Positions 1-14,200 of a DNA stretch of 64,000 bases are shown here, piece after piece. The stretch's first letter is position 1. Every line of letters starts with the position of its first letter. This stretch comes from the human T2T-CHM13v2.0 reference genome, Homo sapiens. The translations under genes and the position numbers were made by a program. Below the pieces are notes generated by a model. That model saw only the letters and a list, made by a program, of their open reading frames with translations. It had not been told where the DNA came from and did not search any database. The DNA is taken from the NCBI RefSeq assembly GCF_009914755.1, contig NC_060946.1; one strand, given 5' to 3'.

Positions 1-3000
1 GGAGTGGAATGGACTCGAGTGGAATGGAATGGAATTCAAAGGACTCGAATGGAATGGAATGCACAGGAATGAAGTGGATTTGAATGCAATGGAATGGAAT
101 GGAATGGACAAGAAATTATTTTAATGGAATGGAATGGAATGGAATGGAATGGAATGGACTCGAATAGAATGGAATTGAATGGAATGAACTTAAATGTAAT
201 GGAATCGTTTGGAATGGAATGGACTCGAATGGAATGGAATGGACGCGAATTAATGAAATGGAATGGAATGGAATGAAATGGAATGGAATGGAACGGAACG
301 GAATGGAACGGATATGAATGTAATGGAATGGAATGGACCCAAATATTATAGAATGGAATGGACTCAAATCTAATGGAACAGAATGGAATGGACTCGAATG
401 GAGTTGAATGGAAAGGACCCGAATGGAATGCAGTGGAATGGAATGGACTTGAATGGGATGGAAGGGAAAGGAATAGAACGGAATGGACCCAAGTGGAATG
501 GAATGAAATCGAATGGAATGGGATTATATGGAATGGCTTCAAAGGGAATATAATGGAATGGACTCGAATTGAATGGAATGGACTCGCATGGAATGGAAAG
601 GAATGGACCTGACGGGAATGGAATGCAATGGAATGGATGGAACGGAAAGGAATGGAATGGAATGGAATGGAATGGACTTGAAGGAAAGGAATGAACATGA
701 GTGGAATGGATTGGAATTGAATGTAATGGAACGGAACGGAAGGGAATGGAATGGAATGGAATGGAAAGGAATTGTATGGAATGGAATGAGATGGAACGGA
801 ATGGAATGTAATTGAATGGTATGGAATGGACTCAAATGGAATGGAATGGAATGGAATGGAATGAAATGGACCGGAATGGTATTGAATGGACCCTAAAGGA
901 ATGTAATTGAATGGAACGGAATGGACTCGAATAAAATGGAATGGAATGGACTTGAGTAGAATGGAATAGAATGGAATGGAATGGAATGGAATGGAATGGG
1001 AAGGAATGGAAACGAATGTACTCGAATAGAATGGAATGGACAGGAATTGAATGGAACGGAATGGACTCGAATGCAAAGAAATGGAATGGAATGGAATGGA
1101 ATGGAATGGAATGGAATGGAATGGAATGGAACAGAATGGAACGGAAACGAATGGACTTGAATGGAATGGAATGGAATAGAATGGATTTGATAGGAACGGA
1201 ATTGAATGGACCCAAATGGAAAAGATTGGAATGGAATGGAATTGAATGTATTTGAATGGAAAAGAATGGACTTTAATGGAATGGAATGGAATGGAATGGA
1301 ATGGGTTTGATAGGAATGGAATTGAATGGACCCAAATGGAAAGGAATGGAATGGAATGGAATGGATTGTATTGCAGCGTAACGGAATGGTATGAAATAGA
1401 ATGGACTTGAATGGAATAGAATGGAATGGAAAGGAATGGACTCGACAGAAATAGAATTGAATGGACCAGAATGGAATAGAATGGAAGGGAATGGAAAGGA
1501 ATGGAAAGGAACGAAATGGTGTGTACTGGAATGGACTTGAATGAAATAGAATGGAAGGGAATGGAATGGACTCGAAAGGAATGGAATGTAATGGAACCAA
1601 ATAAAATAGAATGGAAAGGATTCGAATGGAAAGGAGCGGAATGGAGTGGACTCCAATGGAGTGGAGTGGAGTAGACTTGAGTGGAATGGAATGGAATTGA
1701 AAGGACTCGAATATAATGTAATGTAATGAAATGACATGGACTTGAATGGAGTGGAATGGAATGGAATGGAATGGAAAAGAAAGTATTGTAATGTAAAGGA
1801 ATGCAATGGAATGGAATGGAAAGGAATGGAATGGAAAGAACAAGAAAGTATTGTAATGTAATGGAATACAATGGAATGGAATGGAAAGGAATGCAATGTA
1901 ATGGAATGGACAAGTAAGTACTGTAATGTAATGGAATGCAATGGAATGTAATGGAATAGAATGGTATGGAATGGAATAGTATGGAAAGGAATGGACTCGA
2001 ATGGAATGGAATTGAATGGAATGGACTCGATTGGAATGGATGGATTTGAATGGAATGGATTGGATTGGATTCGAATGGAATGGAATGGAATGGAGTGGAA
2101 TGGAATGGAATTGAAAGACTTCGAATGGAATGGAATGGAATGGACTCGAAAGGAATGGAATGGAATGAACTTGAAAAGAATGGAAAGGACGTGAATGGAA
2201 TGGAATTGACTCGAGTGGAATGGAAGGGAATGGCATGTACTCGAATTTAATGGAAAGGAATTGAATGGACGCGAATGGAATGGAATTGAATTGAATGGAA
2301 TGGAATGAAATGGACACAGCTGGAATGGAATGGAATGGATTCGAATAGAATGGAAAGGAATGGAATATACTCGAAAGGAATGGAACGGAATGGAATGGAA
2401 TGGAATGGACACAGATGGAATGGAATAGAATGGATTCGAATAGAATGGAAAGGAATGGAATGGACTCGAATGGAATGGAATGGAATGGAAAGGACTCAAA
2501 TGAAATGGAATGGGCAGGAATGGAATGGAATGGAATGAAACCGTATGGAATGGAATGGAATGGTACGGAATGAAACGGAATGGAATGGAATGGAATGGAA
2601 TGGAATGGAATATACTCCAATATAATGGAATGGAATGGAATGGACTCAAATGGAATGGAATGGAAAGGACTCGAATGGAATTGAATGGGCTCAAATGTTA
2701 TGGTATGGAATGAACTGGAATGGAATAGAATGGAATGAAACCGAATGGAATGGAATGGAATTGAATGGAATGGAAAGTAATCTAATGGAATGGAAAGAAT
2801 TGGAATTCACTTGAACGGAATAGAATGGAATGGACTCGAATGGAATGGAATGGAATGGACTCCAATGGAATAGAATGGACTCGAATGGAATGGAATGGAA
2901 TTAAATGCAATGGACTCAAATGGAATGGAATCCAATGCAATGGACTCGAATGGAATGGAATGGAATTTAAAGGAATGGCCTCTAATGTAATGGAATTCAA

Positions 3001-6000
3001 TGAAATGGAATGGAATGGACTCGAATGGAAAAGAAAGGAATATACTCGAATGGAATGGAATGCAATGGAATGGACAAGAATGGAAAGGTTTGGAACAGAA
3101 TGGACTCGAAAGGAATGGAATGAAATGGAAAGAACTCAAATGGAATCGAATGGAATGCACTCGAATGGAATAGAATGGACTCGAACGGAATGGAATGGAA
3201 TGGAATGGAATTGACTCCAATGGAATGGAATGGAGTACAGTGGATTCGAATGAAATAGAACGGAATGTACTCGAATGAAATGGAGAGGAATGGAATGGAG
3301 AGGAATGGAATGGACTCGAATGGAAAGGAGTGGAATGGAATCAAACGGAATGGAATGGAATTGAATGAAATGGAATGAAATGGAATGCAACGGAATTGAA
3401 TTGTCTCGAATGGAATAGAAGTTAATGAAATGAAATTTAATCAAATGGAGTGGAATGGAATGGAATGGAATCGAAAGGAACGGAAAGGAATGGAATTGAA
3501 TGGAATGGAATGGAATGGAATCGAATGCAGTGGAATGGAATGGAATAGATTCGTAATGAATGGAATGAAATGGAGTCGAATGGAAAGGACAGGAATGGAA
3601 TGGAATGGAATGGAATATTATGGACTCGAATGGACTGAAATGGAAAGGACTCGAATGGAAAGGAATGAATTGGACTGGAATGGAATGGAATGGAATAGAG
3701 TAGAAAGGAATTGAATGTAATGGACTCGATTGGAACAGAATGAACTCGAATGGAATGGATTGGAAAGAACCGAAATGGAATGCAATAGAATTGTATGGAA
3801 TCGAATGGGATGGAATGGACATGATTGGAATGGAATGGAGTGGAATGGAATTGAAAGGAATGGAAAGGAATGGACTCGAATGGAATGGAAAGTAATAGAA
3901 TGGGATGGAATGGAAAGGAATGGACTCAAATGGAATGAAAAGATTGAAATGGAGTGGAATGGAATGAAATGACTCCAGTGGAATGCAATGGAATGGAAAG
4001 GAGTGGACTTGAATGGAATGGATAGGAGTGGAATGGACTCGAATGGAATGGCATGGAATTGACACGAATGGAATGGAATGGAATGGCATGGAATTGAAAC
4101 GAATGGAATAGAATGGAATGGAATGAACTCGAATAGAATGGAATGGACTCGAATGGAATGGAATGGAATGGAATGGAATGGAATGGAATGGAATGGAATG
4201 CAATGCAATGCAGTGGAATGCAAGAGAAAGGAACAGAAAGTAATGGAGAGGAATGGAGAGGAATGGAGAGGAATGGAATGAAATGGATTGAAATGTAGTG
4301 GAATGGAATTGGAACTACTCCAGTGGAATGGAATGGAGTGGAATGGACATGAAAGAAATTGAATGGATTGGAATGGACTCGAATGTAATGGCCTGGAATT
4401 GACCCGAATGGAATGGAATGGAATAGAATGGAATGGAATGGAATGGACTCGAATGGACTCGAATTGAATGGAATGGACTCGAATGGAATGGACTCGAATG
4501 GAATGGAGTCGAATGGAATGGAATTGAATGGAATGGACCTGAATGGAATGCAATGGAATATAACAATATGGAATTCACTCAAGTGGAATCGAATGGAATG
4601 GAATCGAATGGAATGGAATGGAATGGACTCGAATAGAATGGAATGGAATCGACCCAAAAGTAATGGAATGGAATGGAATGGAATGGAATGGAATGGACTC
4701 GAATGGAATGGAATGGAATGCAATGGAATGGAATGGAAAGGACTCCAACAGAATGGAATGGAATTGAATGGACAAGAATGTAATTGAATGGACTCCAATA
4801 TAATGTAATAGAAAGGAATGGAATGGAATGGACTCGAATGAAATGGAATGTAACGGACTCGAGTGGAATGGATTGGAATAGAATGGAATGGAATGAAATG
4901 GAAACGAATGGAATGGAATGGAATGGAATGGAGTGAAATGGAATGGGATGGATTGGAAAGGAATGGATTGAAATGTAACGGAATGCAATGAACTCAAAAG
5001 CAATGGAATGGAATGAAATGAAATGGACTCGAATGGAATGGAATGAATTGGAATGGACAGGAATGGAATTGAATGGACTCGAATGTAATGGAATAGAAAG
5101 GAATGGACTCGAATGGAATGGAATTGAATGGAATGGACTCGAATGGAATGGAATGGAATGGATTCAAATAGAATATAATGGAATGTAATCGACTCGAGTG
5201 GAATGGAATGGAATGGAATGGAGTGGAATGGAATGGAATGGAATGGAATGGATTCGAATGGAATGGAATAGAATGGAATGGACTGGACTCGAATAGAATG
5301 AAATGGAATAGACCCGAATGTAATGGAATATAATGGAATGTAATGGGCTCGAATGGATTGGAATGGAATGGAAAGGACTCCAACGGAATGGAATGGAATT
5401 CAGTGGACAAGAATACAATGGAATGGACTCGAATATAATGGAATAGAATGGAATGGAATGGAATGGACTCGATTGAAATGGAACGTAACGGACTTGAGTG
5501 GAAAGGAATGGAATGGAATGGAATTGAATAGAATGGAATGGAATGGAATGGACACGAATTGAACGGAATGTAATGGAATGGAATGGAATGGACTGTAATG
5601 GAATGACATGGATTGGAAAGGAATGGAATGGAATATAACGGAATGCAATGAACTCGAAAGCAATGGAAAGGAATGAAATGAAATGGACTCGAACGGAATG
5701 GAATGGAATGGAATGGACTCAAATGGAATGGACTCAAGTGGAATGCAATGTAATGGACTCAAATCGAACAGGATGGAATGGAAAGGAATGGAATGCAATG
5801 AAATGGAAGAGACACGAATGTAATGGAATGCAATGTATATAATCGACAGTAATGGAATGGAAGGGAATGGACTTGAATGGACTGGAATGGAATGCAATGG
5901 AATGAACTCGAATGAAATGGATTGGTGTGGACTCGAATGGAATGGAATGGACTCGAGTGGAATGGAATGGAATGGATTAGAAGGGAATGTAGTTGAATGG

Positions 6001-8200
6001 ATTCTAAGGAAAATGAATGGAATAGAATGGAGAAGAGTTGAGCAGAATGTAATGGTATGGAATGGACTATAATGGAATAAAATGTAATGGAATGAAATAG
6101 ACTTGAATGGAATGGAATGGTGTGGAAGTGACTCAAATGGAATGGAATGAAATGGAATGGAATGGAATAGACTCGAATGCTATAGAATTGAATTTAATGG
6201 AATGAAAAAGAATGGAATGAATGGAATGCAATGGACTCGAAAGGAATGGAATGGAATGGAATGAAATGGACTTGCATGGAATGGAATGGAATGGAATCGA
6301 AGGTAGTGGAATGAAAACGAATGGAATGGAATGGAATCGCCTCCAGTGGAATGTAATGGAATGGAATGGATTCGAATGAAATGGAATGCAGTGGATTGTA
6401 CTCGAATGGAATGCAATGGAATGGAACCGTATGGAATGGAAAGGAATGGAATGGAATGGAATGGAATGGAATGGAATGGAATGCAATGCAAAGGAATGGA
6501 ATAGAAAGGATGCGAATGGAATGGACACGAATAGACTGCAATGGAATGAACTCGAATGGAATGGAATGGAATGAAATGGATTTAAATGTAAAAGAATAGA
6601 ATGGAATGGAATGGACTCGAAAGGAATGGAATGGACTCGAATGGAATGGAATAGACAAGAATGGAATGGAATGGAATGAAATGGACTCGAATGGAATACA
6701 ATGGAAATTAATGGAATGAATTCTAATAGAATGGAAAGGAATGGACTCGAATGGAATAGAATTGAATGGACTCAAACGGAATGGAACGCAATGGAAAGGA
6801 CTCGAAAGGAATGGAATGCAATGGACTTGAATGGAATGAAATGGAATGGAATGGACTCGAAAGGAATGGAATAGAATGCAATGGAAGGGAGGCAAATGGT
6901 ATGTAATGGAATAGACTAGAATGGGGTGGAATGCAATGGAATGGGCACGAATGGACTGGAATGGAATGGAATGGACTCAAATGGAATGGAGTGGAATGGA
7001 ATGGACTCGAAAGGAATGGAATGGTTTGGAATGTAATGGAATTGAATGGAATGGAATGAAACGGAATGGAAAGGAATTGACTGCAGTGGAATGGAATGGA
7101 ATGGAATGGAATCATAATGAATAGAATGGAATAGAATGGAGTCGAATGAAGTGGAATGGAATGGACACAAATGGATAGGAATGGCATGGAATGGACTCAA
7201 ATGGATTGAAATGGACTCAAATGGATTGAAATGGAAAGGACTCAAAAGGAATGGAATGAAATGGAATGGGATCGAATGGAATGCAATGGAATAGACTCGA
7301 ATGGAATTGAATGGAATGGACTTGAAAAGAATAGAATGAACTCTAATGGAATGGATTGGAAAGGACCCAAATGGAATGGAATGGAATGGAATGGAATGGA
7401 ATGGAATGGAATGGAATCGAATGGGATGGAATGCACTTGAATAGAATGGAATGCAGTGAAATGGAATAGAATGGAATGGAAGGGAATGGACTCGAATGGA
7501 ATGGAAGGAAATAGAATGGCATGGAAAGGAATGGATTGGAATGGAATGGAATGGAATGGAATGGACTCTAATGGAATGGAATGGAGCAGATTCGAATTAA
7601 ATGGAATGGAATCGACTGGAATGCAATGGAATAGAATAGAAAGGAATGGAATGTACTTGAATGGAATGAAATGGAATGAAATTGACAGAAATGGAATGGA
7701 ATGGATTGGAATGGACTCGAATGGAATGGAATGGAATGGATTCGAATGGAATGGAATGGACACTAATGGAAAGGAATGGAATGGACTCGAATGGAATACA
7801 ACTGAATTTAATGGAATGGTCTTTAAAGGAATGTAATGGAATGGACTCGAATTGAATAAAATGGAATAGACTTGAATGGATTTTAATGGAATGGAATTGT
7901 GTGGAATGGAAAGGAATGGAGTGGACTCTAATAGAATGCAATGCTATTGAATGGTATCGACAGCAATGGCATGGAATGCAATGGAATGGACTCGAATGTA
8001 ATGGGATGGAATGGACTATAATAGAATGGAATGGAATTAAATGGTCTCAATAGAAATGGAATCAAAAACAACGGAATGGATTCGAATTCAATGGAATGGA
8101 ATTGACTCGAATGGAATTGAATTGAATGGACTCGAATGAAAGAAAATGGAATGGACTCGACTGGAATGGAGTGGAATGGAATGGAAAGGAATGGAATGGA
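1..8200 (+). repeat. Human Satellite III, domain 1: (GGAAT)n with frequent GGACTCGAAT variant units
   Basis: Diverged GGAAT pentamer tandem. GGACTCGA(A/G)T recurs throughout (e.g. 11-20, 221-230, last copy at 8153-8160) alongside its decay products GGACTTGA and GGACTCAA. The (GGAAT)n/CATTC identity of HSat3 is established knowledge. The right boundary is approximate. Confidence 0.95.
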
Positions 8201-11200
8201 ATGGAAAGGGAGACATATAATGGAACGGAATGGAAAGGAAAGGGATGGAATGGAATAGAGGGGAATGGACGGGAATGGAATGCAATGGAATGAAATGTAA
8301 TGGAGGGGAGTGTAGTGGAGTGGATTAGAATGGAATTGAGTGGAATGGAGAGGAGTGGAATGGAATGGATTGGAGTTGTTCGCAGGGAAGTGGAGAGGAA
8401 TGTAGTGGAGTGGAGTTGAATTGAATGGAGTGGAATGGATTTGAGTGGAGTAGAAAGGAGTGGAATGGAGTGGAGTGGTATGGAATGGAGTGGATTTGAA
8501 TGGAAGGCATGGACTGTATTGGAATGGAGAGAATTGGAATGGAGGCGGGAAATGGAATGGGGTGGAGGGGAGTGGAATGCAGTATAATGGAATGAAGTGG
8601 AGAGGAATGGAATGGAATGGAATGGAGAGGAGGGGAATGGAATGGAATGGAATGGAATGGAACGGAAGGGAATGGAATGGAATGAAATGGAACGGAATGG
8701 AATGGAATAGAATGAAGAGGAGTAGAATAGAATGGAGTTTAGTGGAAGGGAATGGAGTGGAACGGAATTGAATGGGATGCAAAGGAATGGAATAGAATAG
8801 AATGGAATGGATTGGAGTACAATAGCATTGAGTGGAATGGAATGGAATGGAATGGAATGCAATGGAAAGGAGTGGAGTGGAGTGGAATGGAAGGGAATGC
8901 AATGGAATGGAGTGGAGTGGAGAACAGTGCAATGGAATGGAGAGGAATGGAATGGAATGGAGTGGAGTGAAAATAGAGTGAAGTCGAGTGGAATGCAATG
9001 GGTGGAATGTAATGGAAAGCAGTGGAGTGGAAGTGAGTGGAGTGGAGTGGAATGCCATGGAATGGAATGAAGTGGAGTGAAGTGGAGAGGAGTGGAATGG
9101 AATGGAGTGGGTGGAGTGTAGGGGAATGGAATTGAGTGGAATAGAGTGGAAAAGAGTGGAGTTGAATGGAATGAAATAGAGTGCAATGGAAAGGAATGGA
9201 ATGCAATGGAATAGAATGGACTGGGGTGGAGTGGAGTGGATTGGAGTGGAACGGAATGGTGTGGAGTCCAGTGGAGTGGAGGGGAATGGATTGGAGGGGA
9301 AAGGATTGGAATGGAATGGAGTGGAATGGAATCGAGTGGAGAGGACGGGAGTGGAGTGGAATGGAGTGGAATGGAATTGAGTGGAGGGGATGGGAGTGGA
9401 GTTAAATGGAGTGGAGTGGAATGGATTGGAGTTGAATGGAATGGAGTGGAATGGTGTTTAATGGAATGGAGTGGAATAGAACGGAATAGAGTGGAGTGGA
9501 GTGGAGTGGAATGTAGAGGAGTGGAATGGAATGGAAGGTAGCTCAGTGGAAAGAAAACTAATGGAATGGAGTGGAATTGAATGAAGTAAAGTGGAGTGGA
9601 GTGATATGGAATGGAATAAGGTGGAGTGGAGTGGAGTAGAGTTGAATGCAGGGGAATGGAATGGAATGGAGTGTTATTTAATGGAATGGAATAGAATGGA
9701 ATGGAGTGGAAAGGAATGGAGTGGAGTGAAGTGGAGTTGAGTGAATTGGAATGGAGTGGAGTGGAGTGCAGTGGAATGGGATGGTATGGAATGGAATGGA
9801 GTGGATTGCAATAGAATGGAATGGAATGGAGTGGAGTGGAATGGAGTGGAGTGCAATGAAATGGAGTGGAGTGCAATGTAATGGAGTGGAGTGGAGGTGA
9901 ATGGAGTGGAAGGAATTGGAGTGGATTGTATTGTATGGGACATGAGTGAAGTGGAACGGAGTGGGTGGAGTGGAGTAGAGTGGAGTGGAGTGGAAAAGAA
10001 TGGAGTGGAAGGGAAGTGAGTGAAGAGGAATGGAATGGAGTGGAGTGGAATGGAGTGGAATCGAATGATGTGGAATGGAACGGAGTGGAGTTGAATGGAG
10101 TGGAGTGCAATAGAGAAGAGTGGAGTGGAATCGAATGGAATGGAATGGAATGGAATGACATGGAATGGAATGGAAGGAAGTGGAGTGGATTGGAATGGAA
10201 TGGACTGCAATGGAGTGGAAAGTAGTGGAGTGGAATGGAATGGTGTGCAATGGAATGGAATGTAGAGGAAAGGAGTGGAATGGAATGAAGGTGAGAGGAA
10301 TGGACTGGAGTGGATTGCAATGCAGTGGATTGGACTCTAGTGGAGTGGAGCGGACTGGAGTGGAGTGGAGTTCAGTGGAATGGAGTGGAATGGAATGCAG
10401 TGGAGTGGAATGGAATGGAATTTATTGGTGTGGAGTGCAAAGGAATGGAATGGAATGAAGTGGAGTGGAGTAGAGTGGAGTGGAGTGCAGTGGAGAGGAC
10501 TGAAATGGAGTGGAGTGGAATGGAGTGGAGTGGAGAGGAATGGATTGGAATGGAGTGGTGTAGAAAAGAATGGAATGGAGTGGAGTGGAATGGAGTGGAG
10601 TGGAGTGGAATGCAATGGAGTGGAGTTGAGTAGAATGAAGCTGAAGTGGAGTGAAATGAATGGGAATGGAAATGATTAGATAGAAATGTGCTGGAATGGA
10701 ATGGAATGGAATGGAGTGGAATGCAACGGAATGGAAAGGAAAGGAATGGAATGGAACGGAGTGGTGTAGAATGGAATTGAGTGGAGTGGAAGGTAATGGA
10801 GAGGAATGGGGTGAAATGGAGTGGAATGGAGTGTGATGGAATGGAGTGGTCTGGGATGAAATGAAATGGAACGAATCCGAATGGAATGAAATGAAATGTC
10901 ATGGAATGGAGGAGAGTGGAGTGGAGTTGAATGAAATAGAGTGGAATGAAGTGGAATGGGGTAGAGTGGAATGCAATGGAGTGGAACGGAGTAGTGTGGA
11001 ATGGAATGGAGTGGAATGGAAAGGAATGGAATTTAGTGGATTCAACAGGAGTAGAGTGGAGTGGAGTGGAGTGGGGTGGAACGGAATGGAAAAGAATGCA
11101 AAGGAATGGAATGGAATGGAATGGAATGGGATTGCATGGAATGGAATGGAATGGAGTGGAATGGAATGGATTGGAGTGGAGTGGAATGGAAAGGAATGTT

Positions 11201-14200
11201 GTGAAAAGCAATGGAGTGGGATGGAGTAGATTTGTGTGGAGTGGACTGAATTGGAATGGAGTGGAGTGGCGTGGAAGTGAATGGAGTTGAGTGGAATAGA
11301 AAGGAGTGGAGTAGAACGGATTGGAATGGAATGGAATGGACTGCAGTGGAGTGGAGTGGAATGGAGTGGAGTGAAATGGAATGGAGTGGAATGGAAAGGG
11401 ATGGAGTGGATTGGAGTGGAATGGAATGGAATGGAGTGGAATGGAGAGGAATGGAATGGAATGGAATGGAATGGAATGGAATGGAATGGAATGGAATGGA
11501 ATGGAGTAGAACCGAGTGGAGTGAACTGGAATGGAGTGGAGTGGAGTGAAATTGATTGGCATGGAGTTGAGTGGCATGGAATGGAATGGAACGGAATGGA
11601 GTGTAGAGGAATGGAATGTATTGGAATGGAATGGAATGAAACGGAATGGAATGGAAAGGAATGGAATGCAGGGGAGCAGAATATAATGCATTGGATTAGA
11701 AGGGATTGGAGAGGAATGCAATGGAAAGGAATGGAATAGAATGGAGTGCGGTGGAATGGAAAGGAGTGGAAGGGAAAGGATTGGAAAGGAATGGAGTGGA
11801 GTGGAGCGGAGTGGAGTGGAGTAGAATGGAATGGACTGGAATGGAGTGGAAAGGAGTTGAGTGGAATGGAATGGTGTGCAATTGAATGGAATGTCGTGGC
11901 AAGGAGTGGAATGAAATGGAGAGGAGTGGAATGGAATGGAGTGGAGTACAATGGAGTGGATTGGACTTTAGTGGAGTGGAGTGGACTGCAGTGGAGTGGA
12001 GTGGAGTGGAATGGAGTGGAATGGAAGGTAGTGGAGTGGAATAGAATGGAATTTATTGGTGTGGCGTGCAGAGGAATGGAATGGAATGAAGTGGAGTGGA
12101 GTAGAGTGGAGTGGAGTGCAGTGGAGAGGATTGAAATGGAGGTGAGTGGAATGGAGAGGAATGGAATGGAGTGGCGTGGAATGGAGTGGAATGGAGAGAA
12201 ATGGAATGGAATGGAGGGGAGTAGAATGGAACGGAATGGAGTGGAGTGGATGTGATTGGAGTGGAGTGAGATGCAATGGAGTGGGGTGGAGTAGAATGGA
12301 GTGAAGTGGAGTGGAATGAAGGGGAATGGAATTGAGTGAGTGGAATGTGCTGGAATGGAATGGAATGGAATAGAATGGAGTGGAGCAGAACGGAATTGAG
12401 CGGAGTGGAAGGTAATGGAGGGGAATGCAGTGAAACAGAGTGGAGTGGAGTGTAATGGAATGGAGTGGTCTGGGATGAAACGAAATGGAACGGATCAGAA
12501 TGGAATGAAATGGAATGGCACGGAGTGGAGGGGAGTGGAGTGGAGTGGAAAAAAATGGAGTGGAATGGAGTGGAGTGGAATGGAATGTAGTGTAATGGAA
12601 AGGAATGGAATTTAGAGGATTCAAAAGGAGTAGAGTGGAGTGGAGATGAGTGGAGTGGAACTTAATGGAAAGGAATGCAATGGAATGGAATGGAGTGGAA
12701 TGGAATGGAGGGGAATGGAACGGATTGGAGTGGAGTGGAATGGAGTGAAATGTAGTGGAATGCAATGGAGTGGAATGGAGTAGAGCTGGGTGGAATGGAC
12801 TGAACTAGAATGGAGTGGAGTTGAGTGGAATTGAATGGAGTTGAGTGGAATAGAAAGTAGTGGAGTAGAACGGATTGGAATGGAATGGAAGGGAATGGAT
12901 TCCAGTGGAGTGGAATGGAATGTAGTGGAGTGAAATGGAATGGAGTGGAATGGAATGGGATGGAATGGATTGGAGTGGAATGGAATGGAATGGAGTGGAA
13001 TGGAGAGAAATGGAATGGAATGGAATGGAATGGAGTGGAGTGGAACCTAGTAGGGTGACGTGGAATGGAGTGGAGTGGAGTGGAATTGATTGGAATGGAG
13101 TTGAGTGGCATGGAATGGAATGGAATGGAATGGAATGGAATGGAGTGTAGAGGAATGGAATGTAATGTAATGGAATGGAATGGAATGGAGTGGAATGGAA
13201 TGGAATGGAATGGAATGGAATGCAGGGGAGCAGAATGCAATGCATTGGATTAGAAGGGAATGGTGTGGAATGGAATGGAATGGAATGGAATGGAATGGAA
13301 TGGAATGGAATGGAAAGGAATGCAGTGGAATGGAATGGAGTGGAAGGGAAAGGATTGGAAAGGAATGGAGTGGAGTGGTATGGAATGGAGTGAGTGGTAT
13401 GGAATGGAATGGAATGGAATGGCATGCAGTGGAGTGAAGTGGAATGGAGTGGAGGGTTGTGGAGTGGTGTCGAGTGTTGTGGAATGGAATGGAGTGGAAT
13501 GGAGTGGTAAGTTGTGGAGTGGAATAGGATGTAGTTTAGTGGAATGGAATGGAATGAAGTGGAATGGAATTGAGTGGAGTGGAATCGAATGGAGTGTAGT
13601 GGAATGGAGTGGAGTCCAATGGAATGGAATGTAATTGATAGGTATGGAGCATAATGGAGGGAGTGGAGAGGAATGGAGTGGGGTGGTATGGATTGGAGTG
13701 GAATGGAATGGAAAGGAATGGAATGGTATGGAATGGAGTGCAGTGGAATTAAATGGACTGGACTGGAGTGGAGTGAATGGAATGGAAAAGATTCGAATGG
13801 AATGGAATGGAGGGGAATGGAATGGAACACATTGGAATGGAATGGAATGGAGTGGAGTGGAGTGGAATGGAGTGGAGTGGAATTGAATGGAATGGAGTGG
13901 AGTGGAGTTGGGTGGAATGGAATGGATTGGAATCAAGAGCAGTGGAATGGAAAGGAATGGACAGGAATCGAATGGAATGGATTTGAATGGAATGGAATGG
14001 GTTGGATTGGAGTGGAATGGAAAGGAATTGAATGGAATGGGACAGATTGGAGTAGAGTGGAATGGAATTGCATGGAATGCAATGGAATGGAATGAATTGG
14101 AGTAGAGTGAATTGGAATGGAGCGGAGTTGAACGAAATGGAGAGGAGTGGAATGGAATGGAATGGAATGGAATGGAATGGAATGGAATGGAATGGAATGG

